Virus record (IMG/VR): IMGVR_UViG_3300046425_000186
Coordinates: 1-53,862 of that record
DNA length: 53,862 nucleotides
DNA from: a virus
Taxonomy: Duplodnaviria; Caudoviricetes
Strand: one strand, 5' to 3'
Shown: positions 1 through 9,119 of the stretch, one piece after another
Numbering within the stretch: the stretch's first letter is position 1
How the letters are laid out: every line of letters starts with the position of its first letter
Translations under genes and position numbers: made by a program
The notes under the pieces: model-generated
What the model saw: the letters and a program-made list of their open reading frames with translations, nothing else
Told to the model about the DNA's origin: nothing
The model's database searches: none

Positions 1-50
1 AATGGGTAATTTAAATATTTATATAGACGTAATAACATAAAAACAAAAAA

Positions 51-368
51 ATGATAACATACGATTGGAATTGTAAAACAGTAGATGTGCACCCTCAAGC
101 TGAAGGCGAAACAAACGTAGTATATAACGTGCACTGGATCGTAACAGGTACAGAAGGAGAATACGCGGCGAATAGTATTGGAACTCAAATAGTAGCTTTA
201 GATCCTGAAACTTCTTTTATCCCTTTTGACGAACTAACAAACGAAATAGTTGTAGAGTGGACAAAAGACGCAATGGGTGAAGAGCAGGTTCAAAGTATCG
301 AAGACAATATTGCTTCACAAATTGATGAACTAGAAAACCCAACATCTGTAACTATGACAATAACATAA
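51..368 (+). CDS. Small acidic phage hypothetical protein
   Basis: 105-aa ORF with A-rich leader and phage-like codon use; no catalytic motif recognised. Confidence 0.75.
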   Translation: MITYDWNCKTVDVHPQAEGETNVVYNVHWIVTGTEGEYAANSIGTQIVALDPETSFIPFDELTNEIVVEWTKDAMGEEQVQSIEDNIASQIDELENPTSVTMTIT

Positions 369-386
369 TTAGTAAAAATTACTAAA

Positions 387-400
387 AACAAGTAATAATA
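387..400 (+). promoter_or_regulatory. Motif A copy 1 (AACAAGTAATAATA), putative phage middle/late promoter
   Basis: Intergenic; same consensus AACAWGTRATWMTA at 9057, 19764, 27106 (+) and 48709-48722 (-), always oriented with the downstream gene. Confidence 0.6.
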
Positions 401-457
401 TATATATACCCTACTCGGGAAAGAGTAATAACCAAATAATAATTAAAACCAATACCA

Positions 458-778
458 ATGACGTATTTTTATTACAAGACTAATACGTGGAGTAGTCAAC
501 CACAAGCATCCGAAAACCAAATAAAACTTTGGAAGCATTTATCTAAAAAGAAAAACTGGAGAATTGTTCAACTACCAAATGGATTTTACCAAACAGAATA
601 CAAAGACGTTGAATGTGATTGTAATCCAGAAAAAGACACTTGCTGTGAAAAATGGCATGATGTAACTAGAAGAGAAACTATAGAAGGAGCTGAAGCCGCT
701 ATAGATGGATCTGTTGATCATTATTCAAAAAAAATAGAGTTTTTAAAAGGACCAAAAGTAGTTAAAACTTTTAAATAA
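458..778 (+). CDS. Phage hypothetical protein
   Basis: 106-aa ORF upstream of groEL; contains a Cys-rich segment CDCNPEKDTCC. Confidence 0.75.
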   Translation: MTYFYYKTNTWSSQPQASENQIKLWKHLSKKKNWRIVQLPNGFYQTEYKDVECDCNPEKDTCCEKWHDVTRRETIEGAEAAIDGSVDHYSKKIEFLKGPKVVKTFK

Positions 779-803
779 AATAAATATAATTTAATTAAAT
801 AAA

Positions 804-2360
804 ATGTCAGACAAGATAGTTAAAAATCTTAGCTTTGGGGACGATGCTAGGAATAAAGTTTTTAATGGTATTGACAAATTAGCAAATGCTGTTAGCTCAA
901 CGCTTGGCGCTGGAGGTAGTTGTGTTTTGCTAGAAGATCAATATGGAAATCCAACAATAACAAAAGATGGTGTAACAGTTGCTGAAAGCGTAGTGTTAAT
1001 AGACCCGGTAGAAAATTTAGGTTGTAACTTGTTAAAACAAGCTGCAAAAAAAACTGTTAAAGAAGCGGGAGATGGCACTACCACAGCTACTGTTTTAGCT
1101 CATTCAATACTTTATGAAGCAAATAAAGTTAAATCAGAGCTAAGCGTAAGAGAATTAAAAAAAGATATAAACAATTCTGTTGAAAGAGTTGTTGATTATT
1201 TAAATAAAATATCTATACCTGTTAAAGATGATATGATAAAGCAAATAGCTACTATATCAACAAATAACGACAAAGAACTAGGCGACTTAATAGGCAAAGC
1301 TTTTGAAAACGTTAAAAACACAGGTGTGGTAATAATGGAACAATCTGATTCTGGTAAAACAGAAATAGAAACAATAGAAGGTTCTCAATATTTTAAAGGT
1401 TTAACAAGTCCTCATTTTGTTACTAATAAAATTAAAAAAACCGCAGAGTTAAACAATCCTCTTGTTTTATTAGTAGAAAATAATGTTGAAAACATAAGAC
1501 AGATACAAAGTGTTTTAGAATATGTTATAAAAAACAATAAGTCACTTTTAATAATAGCGGATTTAAGTCCTGAGGTTTTATCAGCATTAGCAATGAATAA
1601 AACAAAAGGAAACATAAAAGTTAATGTTATAGACGCGCCTGTTTTAGGTGTAAATAGAAAACAAATGTTTGATGACATCGCTTTATTAACAGGAGCAACA
1701 TTGATAAACGAAGACTTGGGTGATGATATGGATTTAATAGATATAGATCATCTAGGCACGTGTTTTAAGTCTATAACAAGTCAAACTGATACTATATTAC
1801 AGTTTAAAGAACAAAGTTCTGAATGTGCTGAAATAATTAAAGATATAGAAAAAAAGCTTTTAACTTGCAAAATACCTGATCAAGTTATAAGTTTAGAAAA
1901 AAGATTAGCAATGCTTTCGTCTAGAATATCTGTAGTAAAAGTTGGAGCTAATTCTGAAATAGAACTTAAAGAAAAAATGGATAGAGTGGAAGATGCTATC
2001 TGTGCTACAAAAGCCGCCGTTAAAGAAGGTATTGTTCCAGGTGGTGGTATTGCGCTTCTAAACGCTTCTCAAAAAGTAAAAGCTTATTCATTAGGCGAAA
2101 AACTATTGTTAAGTGCTATAACCGCACCATACAAGACTATTCTTTCTAATGCAAGCGTTGATAACTTAGATTACCCTAATAAAAAAGGTCAAGGTTACGA
2201 CGTGGTTACAGGAAAAATGGTTAATATGATTAAAAGTGGTATTATAGATCCACTGCTAGTTACTAAAAGTGCATTAAAAAATGCGGCTTCTGTGGCAACA
2301 ACTATACTCTCTACTAATTGTGTAATAAACAACGTTAGAATAAATGAAAGCAATAGGTAG
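804..2360 (+). CDS. groEL: Chaperonin GroEL (Cpn60)
   Basis: ITKDGVTVA, AGDGTTTATVLA, DRVEDAICAT, GIVPGGG and GIIDP motifs; lacks the C-terminal GGM tail. Confidence 0.98.
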   Translation: MSDKIVKNLSFGDDARNKVFNGIDKLANAVSSTLGAGGSCVLLEDQYGNPTITKDGVTVAESVVLIDPVENLGCNLLKQAAKKTVKEAGDGTTTATVLAHSILYEANKVKSELSVRELKKDINNSVERVVDYLNKISIPVKDDMIKQIATISTNNDKELGDLIGKAFENVKNTGVVIMEQSDSGKTEIETIEGSQYFKGLTSPHFVTNKIKKTAELNNPLVLLVENNVENIRQIQSVLEYVIKNNKSLLIIADLSPEVLSALAMNKTKGNIKVNVIDAPVLGVNRKQMFDDIALLTGATLINEDLGDDMDLIDIDHLGTCFKSITSQTDTILQFKEQSSECAEIIKDIEKKLLTCKIPDQVISLEKRLAMLSSRISVVKVGANSEIELKEKMDRVEDAICATKAAVKEGIVPGGGIALLNASQKVKAYSLGEKLLLSAITAPYKTILSNASVDNLDYPNKKGQGYDVVTGKMVNMIKSGIIDPLLVTKSALKNAASVATTILSTNCVINNVRINESNR

Positions 2361-2604
2361 AAACTTAATAATATTAGTTAAAAAAGAGGGTAATACTAAA
2401 ACAAAAGGTGGTTTACTTTTATCTGAAAATCAAAAAAATGATTTAAGATACAGAAAAGCAATAGTCGTTTCAGTAGGAAATGAAGTTTCTGGCATTGAAG
2501 AAAATGATGAAATATTTTTTGACAGACATGCTGGACATAAAATAGAATTTGAAAAAAATATATATCACGTTATAAAGTCACAAGACGTGGTCGTTGTTGT
2601 ATGA
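2344..2604 (+). CDS. groES: Co-chaperonin GroES (Cpn10)
   Basis: Mobile loop TKGGLLL, AIVVSVG, 86 aa; overlaps the end of groEL. Confidence 0.93.
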   Translation: MKAIGRNLIILVKKEGNTKTKGGLLLSENQKNDLRYRKAIVVSVGNEVSGIEENDEIFFDRHAGHKIEFEKNIYHVIKSQDVVVVV

Positions 2605-3047
2605 GAAAGCTAGATGCAGAAGATATCAAAGAATTGAATCTGCTAAAACACTACCGTATAATACGCAAATGGGCTTGTAAAAACAACGGCTTAACTGACG
2701 CGGAGTTGGAATTATTAATATATTTAGAAGCTATAGATTATTTTACAAAAAAAGATTTTATAGAAGGTACGTATTCTTATAGTTGGAATAATAGAAGATG
2801 GAATAAATTAATAAAAAACAACTGGATAGTTGTTTGGAGAAACAGAAACAGAACAACACAAAAGTATAATATATATAAGGTTTCTTTCAAATTTAAGCAA
2901 CTTATAAATAGAATATACAAAATAATGCTTGGTGAAGAAGATATACCTACTAGCGAAAGAAGAAACAACATTATGAAAGGCAAAAGCTATATAGATAAAG
3001 TTTTAACAAGGTCTATACATAATGTAAATAAAGACAAAAATAGATAA
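2601..3047 (+). CDS. Basic hypothetical protein, possible winged-helix DNA-binding protein
   Basis: 148 aa, ATGA overlap with groES; GLTDAELELLIYL resembles the first helix of MarR/wHTH folds (weak). Confidence 0.6.
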   Translation: MRKLDAEDIKELNLLKHYRIIRKWACKNNGLTDAELELLIYLEAIDYFTKKDFIEGTYSYSWNNRRWNKLIKNNWIVVWRNRNRTTQKYNIYKVSFKFKQLINRIYKIMLGEEDIPTSERRNNIMKGKSYIDKVLTRSIHNVNKDKNR

Positions 3048-3048
3048 A

Positions 3049-4146
3049 ATGAGTTTTAAATCTAACAGACTTTACTCCAGAAATGAGAACTTGCAAAACT
3101 ACGTTGATACAAACGAGGCTAGAACAAAGGCTTCTTTTGAACAAGGTGGTTTTAATGATGGTACTCCATGGTGGCAAAAAGAATCTTACTTAAAAGCTAC
3201 GGGTAAAGGAACTGGTGATATGGAAAAACCTGTTGAAAAGCAAGTTTGGGCTAATGGCATGGGCGATAATATTGTTGGTGCTTATGAAAGTTGGCAGTTG
3301 CCAGATGATTTAAGGTATGATAATAGATATGTTTCTGATAAAGACAAACAGGGTATGGATTATTTTAAATTTCAAAATAAAAAAAGATATCAAGATCAAC
3401 AACAACAACTACAAACATACGGAACAGCCGGTCAACCAGTAATTTCAAATGAAACTATGAATACAAATAACACAGACAATAACCAACAGTTTGGAATGGC
3501 AGACAACGCTATGGCACAACAACCTCAAGGTAATACTTTTTCAATGGGTGCTATAAATGCTGCTAGCAATATTTATGGAAATTTAGCAGAAAGAACCGCC
3601 TCTGTAAACTCACCTAGCCCGCTAGCTTTAAAAACAAATATTGATCCTTCTAAGGTTTATAGTGCGGTTAATGAGTTAAAAAATACAATGTCACTTGGAG
3701 CTCTTGATAGCAAAACTAATTACATGAGAGATACAGGCCGAACTGGTTCAACTTTATCTTTACCTAGTTTACCAACTAGAAATACAGGTGGAAGTGCTAG
3801 TGGCGGAAGTTATTCTAACCCTAGAGGAGTTTCGAGTACTTCACCAGGAACAAACGCAACTGTGAACACAGGCGAAAATGATAACAAAAATAGCGGCTAT
3901 TCTTTTTTAGATAATAATATGGATATTAAAGTAACAAATCCATATAAAGACCCTTTTTGGGGAACTTACAAAAGAGATAAACAAACTTTCGCAAATAGAA
4001 TTCAAGATGCTAAGGACAAAGGGCAACTAAACAAAGCCGCTAGAATAACAAGAAGAAGAGATAACTGGCAAGACAGGCAAACAGGTAAAGGTACTGGTGT
4101 CGGTAATTTCTTAAGATCTATTAATATATTTAAAGGTAAAAACTAA
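3049..4146 (+). CDS. Low-complexity (Q/N/G/S-rich) hypothetical protein, possible internal virion protein
   Basis: 365-aa ORF that looks largely disordered by composition; contains SPSPLALK. Confidence 0.7.
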   Translation: MSFKSNRLYSRNENLQNYVDTNEARTKASFEQGGFNDGTPWWQKESYLKATGKGTGDMEKPVEKQVWANGMGDNIVGAYESWQLPDDLRYDNRYVSDKDKQGMDYFKFQNKKRYQDQQQQLQTYGTAGQPVISNETMNTNNTDNNQQFGMADNAMAQQPQGNTFSMGAINAASNIYGNLAERTASVNSPSPLALKTNIDPSKVYSAVNELKNTMSLGALDSKTNYMRDTGRTGSTLSLPSLPTRNTGGSASGGSYSNPRGVSSTSPGTNATVNTGENDNKNSGYSFLDNNMDIKVTNPYKDPFWGTYKRDKQTFANRIQDAKDKGQLNKAARITRRRDNWQDRQTGKGTGVGNFLRSINIFKGKN

Positions 4147-4151
4147 AAATT

Positions 4152-4358
4152 ATGAATCACGACATTGAAAAAATAAAAAGCAATCCAAAATTAGACGGCC
4201 AAATTGGTGAAAACGCTATATGGGACGGACCTCTAGACAAAACTGGATTTCCAATGGGCAAAGGATCAAGCAGTGGTATATATGGACTTCAAGTTTCAAA
4301 AGCACCTTGTGAGTGCGGAGCTGGTATGCCAATTACTAAAAGAGCAAAACTAGGATAA
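4152..4358 (+). CDS. Small hypothetical protein
   Basis: 68-aa ORF in a tightly packed co-directional cluster. Confidence 0.7.
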   Translation: MNHDIEKIKSNPKLDGQIGENAIWDGPLDKTGFPMGKGSSSGIYGLQVSKAPCECGAGMPITKRAKLG

Positions 4359-4513
4359 TGGCAACTTCACCAATAAAAAAAATAAGTTCAGCTTGCAAGT
4401 CTGCAGCTAAAAGAAAGTTTAAAGTATGGCCAAGCGCTTATGCTTCTGGTTGGGGAGTGCGCTGCACAAAAGCTGGAGGTCCTAGTAAATTTGGTAGTAA
4501 AAAGAAAAAATAA
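4358..4513 (+). CDS. Small basic protein (51 aa) absent from the ORF track
   Basis: Translates as MATSPIKKISSACKSAAKRKFKVWPSAYASGWGVRCTKAGGPSKFGSKKKK; TAATG overlaps with both neighbours. Confidence 0.8.
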   Translation: MATSPIKKISSACKSAAKRKFKVWPSAYASGWGVRCTKAGGPSKFGSKKKK

Positions 4514-4884
4514 TGCAAGGATATAAGCAACCTTTTAATTCACCTGTCTTAAAAAGATGTTGGTCTGGTTATTCTGCGGTAGAAGGTAAAGATCCATATA
4601 GTAAAGGTAGCTGTAAAAAAAACTCGCCAATTAAAAAGAAAAAACAAAAAGGCGGAGGAACCACTAAAACTTGTTTACCAGCTTCTAAAATAAGAAGTAT
4701 GAGTAAAGAACAAAGACAAAAGCTGGTTAACTCAAAAAAAGCAGCTGGAGCTAAAGGTAAATATAAAAGATCATCAAAAACTAATGTAAAAGGTGCTCGT
4801 AAAAAAGGCGCTACATTACGTGACTGGTTTGAAAAAGAAGACTGGAGAAGAGTAGATGATCCATCAAAAAAATGCGGAGAATAA
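4513..4884 (+). CDS. Lys-rich small phage protein
   Basis: 123 aa, very basic; CWSGY..GSC, TCLPASK and LRDWFEKEDW segments resemble small basic phage proteins. Confidence 0.75.
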   Translation: MQGYKQPFNSPVLKRCWSGYSAVEGKDPYSKGSCKKNSPIKKKKQKGGGTTKTCLPASKIRSMSKEQRQKLVNSKKAAGAKGKYKRSSKTNVKGARKKGATLRDWFEKEDWRRVDDPSKKCGE

Positions 4885-4887
4885 ATC

Positions 4888-5193
4888 ATGACTTGGCTAA
4901 AAAGAATAAAAGAATCATCATCAATAGAATCACCGTTACATAAAAACGAGCCTAGAAAAACTACCAAAGGTAAGGGTAGAAACTTTAGAACCACTAAAGA
5001 AGGCGCCGGCATGACAGAAAAAGGTGTTAAAGAATATAGAAAGAAAAACCCTGGTAGTAAGCTTAAAACAGCTGTAACAGGAAAAGTAAAACCAGGCAGC
5101 AAAGCTGCTAAACGTAGAAAATCTTTTTGCGCTAGATCCAAAGGTTGGACAGGAGAAAGAGGTAGAGCAGCGCGTAAACGCTGGAAATGTTAA
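4888..5193 (+). CDS. Lys/Arg-rich small phage protein (DUF6321-like)
   Basis: GMTEKGVKEYR..NPGSKLK..RRKSFCAR..RWKC pattern recalled from a common phage family. Confidence 0.7.
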   Translation: MTWLKRIKESSSIESPLHKNEPRKTTKGKGRNFRTTKEGAGMTEKGVKEYRKKNPGSKLKTAVTGKVKPGSKAAKRRKSFCARSKGWTGERGRAARKRWKC

Positions 5194-5204
5194 AATAAAA
5201 AATT

Positions 5205-5549
5205 ATGCCATCACCAATTAGAAAACATCACGACAAAAAAAACGTATTACAAGACGATGGGTCTTCAATACAAGTATCATCAAGCGATCTACAAAAAAGA
5301 GGTGTAGATGCTATTAAAAGTCAAATGTTAAAAAACAATCCTCCAGGAAGTGCAGGAAGAAGAAATGTTTATGACAACTTAGACTGGAAATATGATAACA
5401 CTATACCAAAAACATTTGGAGAAAAAGTAAGTGACTTTGCTAATACTGCTAAGAATTTTGTTAATAAGAATAAATTTAAATTTGCAGATGCTGCAACTGG
5501 TGGATTATTTAGTATTGGTAAAAGCGTAGTAGATAAACTCAAACAATAA
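5205..5549 (+). CDS. Hypothetical protein
   Basis: 114-aa ORF starting MPSPIRK. Confidence 0.7.
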   Translation: MPSPIRKHHDKKNVLQDDGSSIQVSSSDLQKRGVDAIKSQMLKNNPPGSAGRRNVYDNLDWKYDNTIPKTFGEKVSDFANTAKNFVNKNKFKFADAATGGLFSIGKSVVDKLKQ

Positions 5550-5573
5550 CAACACAAAACAAAACAAAACAAA

Positions 5574-6131
5574 ATGGGAAATTATTCAGGAAACCACCCG
5601 AGATATTCTTCGGGACAAAAATATGATGCTAGAGAAGCTTATAATAAAGATCTTACTGCTAAAGCTAGACTACATTATTTAGAAAACAGTGAGCACGATA
5701 AGCATAGTCATCCGGCTAAAAAACATTGCGTAGCTAAAATGTACGGAGAACCAGTTGCTAAAATGTATGGAGATCCAGCTGCTAAAAAATTAGCTGTAAA
5801 AGATATGCCAGATGCTCAAAGAAAAGCTGTAATGGCTAGTAAAGCTGAATCCGCTGCTAAAATGGATCACGCTCCTAAAAATTTAGGTTTTATAAAAGCT
5901 GAAACATTAAAGAAAAATCCAGATGCAACAACAATGGAAGTAGACGGTAAAACAATGCCTATAAAAAACTTAGCTGATTCAAGTGATATTAAAGACATGT
6001 CTGGAGCTTATAACGCAATGGGCGATGCTAATGATCCAGCTATGATGAAAGGAGATCCTATCATGCTTAAAAAGATCCATGCATTAAAAATGAAAGTTGA
6101 CAAAGGACTTGAATTTGGATTAAAAGGATAA
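5574..6131 (+). CDS. Hypothetical protein with internal P-x-x-K/M repeats
   Basis: 185 aa; VAKMYGEP/VAKMYGDP tandem; (CAAAA)n leader. Confidence 0.75.
   Translation: MGNYSGNHPRYSSGQKYDAREAYNKDLTAKARLHYLENSEHDKHSHPAKKHCVAKMYGEPVAKMYGDPAAKKLAVKDMPDAQRKAVMASKAESAAKMDHAPKNLGFIKAETLKKNPDATTMEVDGKTMPIKNLADSSDIKDMSGAYNAMGDANDPAMMKGDPIMLKKIHALKMKVDKGLEFGLKG
5730..5777 (+). repeat. Two-copy imperfect 24-nt in-frame tandem repeat
   Basis: gtagctaaaatgtacggagaacca / gttgctaaaatgtatggagatcca. Confidence 0.85.
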
Positions 6132-6192
6132 CAGTAGGGGTGCTGTAAAACCCAAGTCAAACAAATCATTAACAAAAACAAAACAAAACAAA

Positions 6193-6606
6193 ATGGCAAA
6201 ATTCATTAAATTTAACGTAGTAAACACTGCTGATGCAGCTGCTTTACTAACTCAAGGTACAAAATTAATCAATGTTGATCACATTGGAGACGTGTCTTAC
6301 AATGCTTCAACAGGTGTTGTAACCGCAGTTTTAACTGCTGCTGCAGGTGCTTTTGGGGATGCTGCGGCTTCTGCAGGTATTTCTGCAAGAGTTTTAACAG
6401 CTACTGTTACAACAACAAAAGATGGAGGTGCTGGAGTACCAACTATTACAGACGGTGCTTACGCTCCAGACAAGGCTATCTATTCAGCTATGACTGCTAA
6501 CCCAGGTGGAGTTGTATCTACAGCTCAACTAGGAAAAGATCAAGCTGCTACACCAAAGCAAATGTACTGGTCAACTTGGTCCGTTGGAACTGTTGACGAC
6601 GTATAA
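6193..6606 (+). CDS. Ala/Gly/Thr-rich protein, probable minor structural/decoration protein
   Basis: 137 aa with structural-protein-like composition and codon use similar to the capsid gene; followed by a terminator. Confidence 0.55.
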   Translation: MAKFIKFNVVNTADAAALLTQGTKLINVDHIGDVSYNASTGVVTAVLTAAAGAFGDAAASAGISARVLTATVTTTKDGGAGVPTITDGAYAPDKAIYSAMTANPGGVVSTAQLGKDQAATPKQMYWSTWSVGTVDDV

Positions 6607-6630
6607 AAACTAACCATCAATTAAATATAT

Positions 6631-6662
6631 CCTCGCGGCTCAACAGTCGCGGGGTTTATTTA
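6631..6662 (+). terminator. Intrinsic terminator
   Basis: Hairpin CCTCGCGGCT-caac-AGTCGCGGGG (with G-U pairs) followed by TTTATTT. Confidence 0.75.
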
Positions 6663-6676
6663 TAAAAAAACAATAT

Positions 6677-7144
6677 ATGGGTTCACCTATAAAACACTGT
6701 TGGAGTTCTTTAATGCACAGTTCTAGTTGGAACAAAGCAAGAAAAAGATCTGGCTCTGGAACTGGAAATGACGCTTCGTTGAAAGCAGCTAAAAAGAAAA
6801 GAACTTCTCCTTTAAAAATGGGTTTTAAAATGAAAGGGTCTCCATATATTAAAGAAGAATACAATACACCTATAATGCATGTAGACATGGGTGATGATAC
6901 TTTAGGTATGGCTACTAGTAATGGAAGTATACTTATAAACAAAGACATAAAAGACCCAAAGCAAAAACAAGACGTTATAGATCATGAAATGGTTCATATT
7001 AAGCAAATAAAAGATGGTCGACTTGCTTATGACGATGATAACGTTTATTGGAAAGGTAAAAAATATTCTAGATCTCAAATGAACGAAGGAGCTAAAAATT
7101 TACCTTGGGAAAAAGAAGCTTACGATAAAACTAAAAATGCTTAG
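6677..7144 (+). CDS. Zincin-like metalloprotease
   Basis: HEMVH (HExxH) plus a downstream PWEKEAY glutamate; possible internal start at MGFKMKGSP. Confidence 0.75.
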   Translation: MGSPIKHCWSSLMHSSSWNKARKRSGSGTGNDASLKAAKKKRTSPLKMGFKMKGSPYIKEEYNTPIMHVDMGDDTLGMATSNGSILINKDIKDPKQKQDVIDHEMVHIKQIKDGRLAYDDDNVYWKGKKYSRSQMNEGAKNLPWEKEAYDKTKNA

Positions 7145-7146
7145 TT

Positions 7147-9045
7147 ATGGGATTAAAAAAAGGTTATTTTAAAAATTTAAAAGGTGGTGTGAATCATAGT
7201 CCACTTAGAATGCACAAAGGTAAACCTCATAGTAAAAAAGATTTTAAAGGTTTACTAGCACATAAGCTTGCTACTCAAGAATACTCTTCAGTCGATGAAA
7301 GACTACAAAACCTACCCGCTTCAGATAATCTAGCTATAGAAAAATTTATAAAAAACAACAATATATCTTCAGAAAATTTAAAAAACAATGCGGCTGTAAT
7401 CAGAGAGCGGAACAAGAAGAAAATACAAGAAAATCAAAACAAAAACAGAGCAACTATTAGCCAAGGGCCTGTAACAGCACAAGAAAAAAAACAAAGAGAA
7501 ATAGAAAACAAAAGAGGTGAAGAGATTTATAACGCATCATTAAACTTGCTAGAAAGACCTTTAGCTTACTTAAGTGATCCCTCTGCTATTTTAGGTGATA
7601 TGGGTATTAATTCTTTTTTAGGTTTTGATACTGGAAACACAACACAGTTAGCTAGAGATATAGAAACAATGAGGCAAAATCCTGACTTGTCTTATTTTGA
7701 TAAACTAAAAGCTAAAACCAAAATGGGTGTTGATATGGTTCCAGCAGCAACTCTTAATACCGCGTTAGGTATGATAGGCGCTGGAGGTGTGGGCACTGGA
7801 GTCAAAGGAGCTACTAGTTATGTTGGAAATGTTATAAATAACACTGTTAATCCTTTAGCTGGACTAGGAAAACCTACACTAAACGCATTAAGCGGAGCCT
7901 TAACAAACAATATTGACGACGTTGGTGTAGATGCTGTTCAACAAGCAATAAACACTCAAAGAGGAACTACGGGTGTAAATTACAATCTAGACAATATAAG
8001 AAATATTGGAGATTTTTCTTTTGATATTAGTAGTTTACCTGAAAGAACTACAACTGATAACGCCGCGCTTGATTTTATTAATCAAAAAATACTTGGATCT
8101 GACAAAAAATTAGGTATCGCATTAGAACCATTAGCAAGAGAATTAAGAAAAGGAGCTACTACGGTTAGAGAAGCCAGAGAGTTCGCTGCTAATAACATGC
8201 AGTCAGATCAAGGGCAACAAAGATTGACTGATTTAATTACAGAAACAATTGATAGTAGAGCTAAGATTCCAGCTAACCTTAACTCGTTTAAAGACTTTGA
8301 ATTAGTTAAAAAAATGTCCCCTAAAACTAAACAAGAATATGTTGATTATTTTAAAAAACGCCACCAAGAAAAGTTAACTAACGCAAAAAGTATTAATGAA
8401 TTAGTAGATGAACTAGCTTTTGATTCCCAAGGTAACTATAATCCAAGCGCAGCAGTTAAAGCTATTTACGGAAACAATAAAAATATTCCAAAATCTATAA
8501 TTGATAATGCTTTTTGGGATAGTAAAACTAAAACTCCAGTTTTAGGTGCTAATTTTACAGGATCAAGCCCAACAGCATATCATGAATTACTTGGTCACGG
8601 TGGTCAAGAAATTGATGGTTTAGGATATATAAGTTCTGATAATACATTACGAAATCTATCACAAAGAAACACTTTTACACCAGATCAGGATTATTTTAAT
8701 ACCGGTAGTGGAGGTAGAGAACCATACGCTTTTGCTCAAGAATTAAAAAAATCACTTTATGACGAAGGTCTTCTTAAAAACAATAATGGAACTTGGGAAA
8801 CTATCACGCCAGAAATGCTTGAAAAAGCTAGAAATATATTTAAAAAATCACCAAAAGGAAATATATCTGGACCACAAGATGGTGGAAGGTTTTTTAATGA
8901 AGTTAGAGCATTAGAATTTGTAGAAGATCTTGAAGGTTTATCTAAAGAAATGAATAAATTAATTGGTGCAAACAATCCTGGTGATCCAGATGGTAAAAAC
9001 AAATTTGATATGCTAAAAGCTAACTCAATGGAAGTTAACACGTAA
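7147..9045 (+). CDS. Large hypothetical protein with C-terminal zincin-like motif
   Basis: 632 aa; AYHELLGHG and downstream REPYA; central Gly/Ala-rich hydrophobic stretch. Confidence 0.65.
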   Translation: MGLKKGYFKNLKGGVNHSPLRMHKGKPHSKKDFKGLLAHKLATQEYSSVDERLQNLPASDNLAIEKFIKNNNISSENLKNNAAVIRERNKKKIQENQNKNRATISQGPVTAQEKKQREIENKRGEEIYNASLNLLERPLAYLSDPSAILGDMGINSFLGFDTGNTTQLARDIETMRQNPDLSYFDKLKAKTKMGVDMVPAATLNTALGMIGAGGVGTGVKGATSYVGNVINNTVNPLAGLGKPTLNALSGALTNNIDDVGVDAVQQAINTQRGTTGVNYNLDNIRNIGDFSFDISSLPERTTTDNAALDFINQKILGSDKKLGIALEPLARELRKGATTVREAREFAANNMQSDQGQQRLTDLITETIDSRAKIPANLNSFKDFELVKKMSPKTKQEYVDYFKKRHQEKLTNAKSINELVDELAFDSQGNYNPSAAVKAIYGNNKNIPKSIIDNAFWDSKTKTPVLGANFTGSSPTAYHELLGHGGQEIDGLGYISSDNTLRNLSQRNTFTPDQDYFNTGSGGREPYAFAQELKKSLYDEGLLKNNNGTWETITPEMLEKARNIFKKSPKGNISGPQDGGRFFNEVRALEFVEDLEGLSKEMNKLIGANNPGDPDGKNKFDMLKANSMEVNT

Positions 9046-9056
9046 TATTTCGCAAT

Positions 9057-9070
9057 AACATGTGATAATA
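9057..9070 (+). promoter_or_regulatory. Motif A copy 2 (AACATGTGATAATA), upstream of gldL
   Basis: Matches the consensus; a weaker copy AACACGTAATATT lies at 9037-9049. Confidence 0.55.
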
Positions 9071-9119
9071 CTATTGTAAGGGTTTATATTGAATTCTTAT
9101 AACAATTAAATTAAATATT

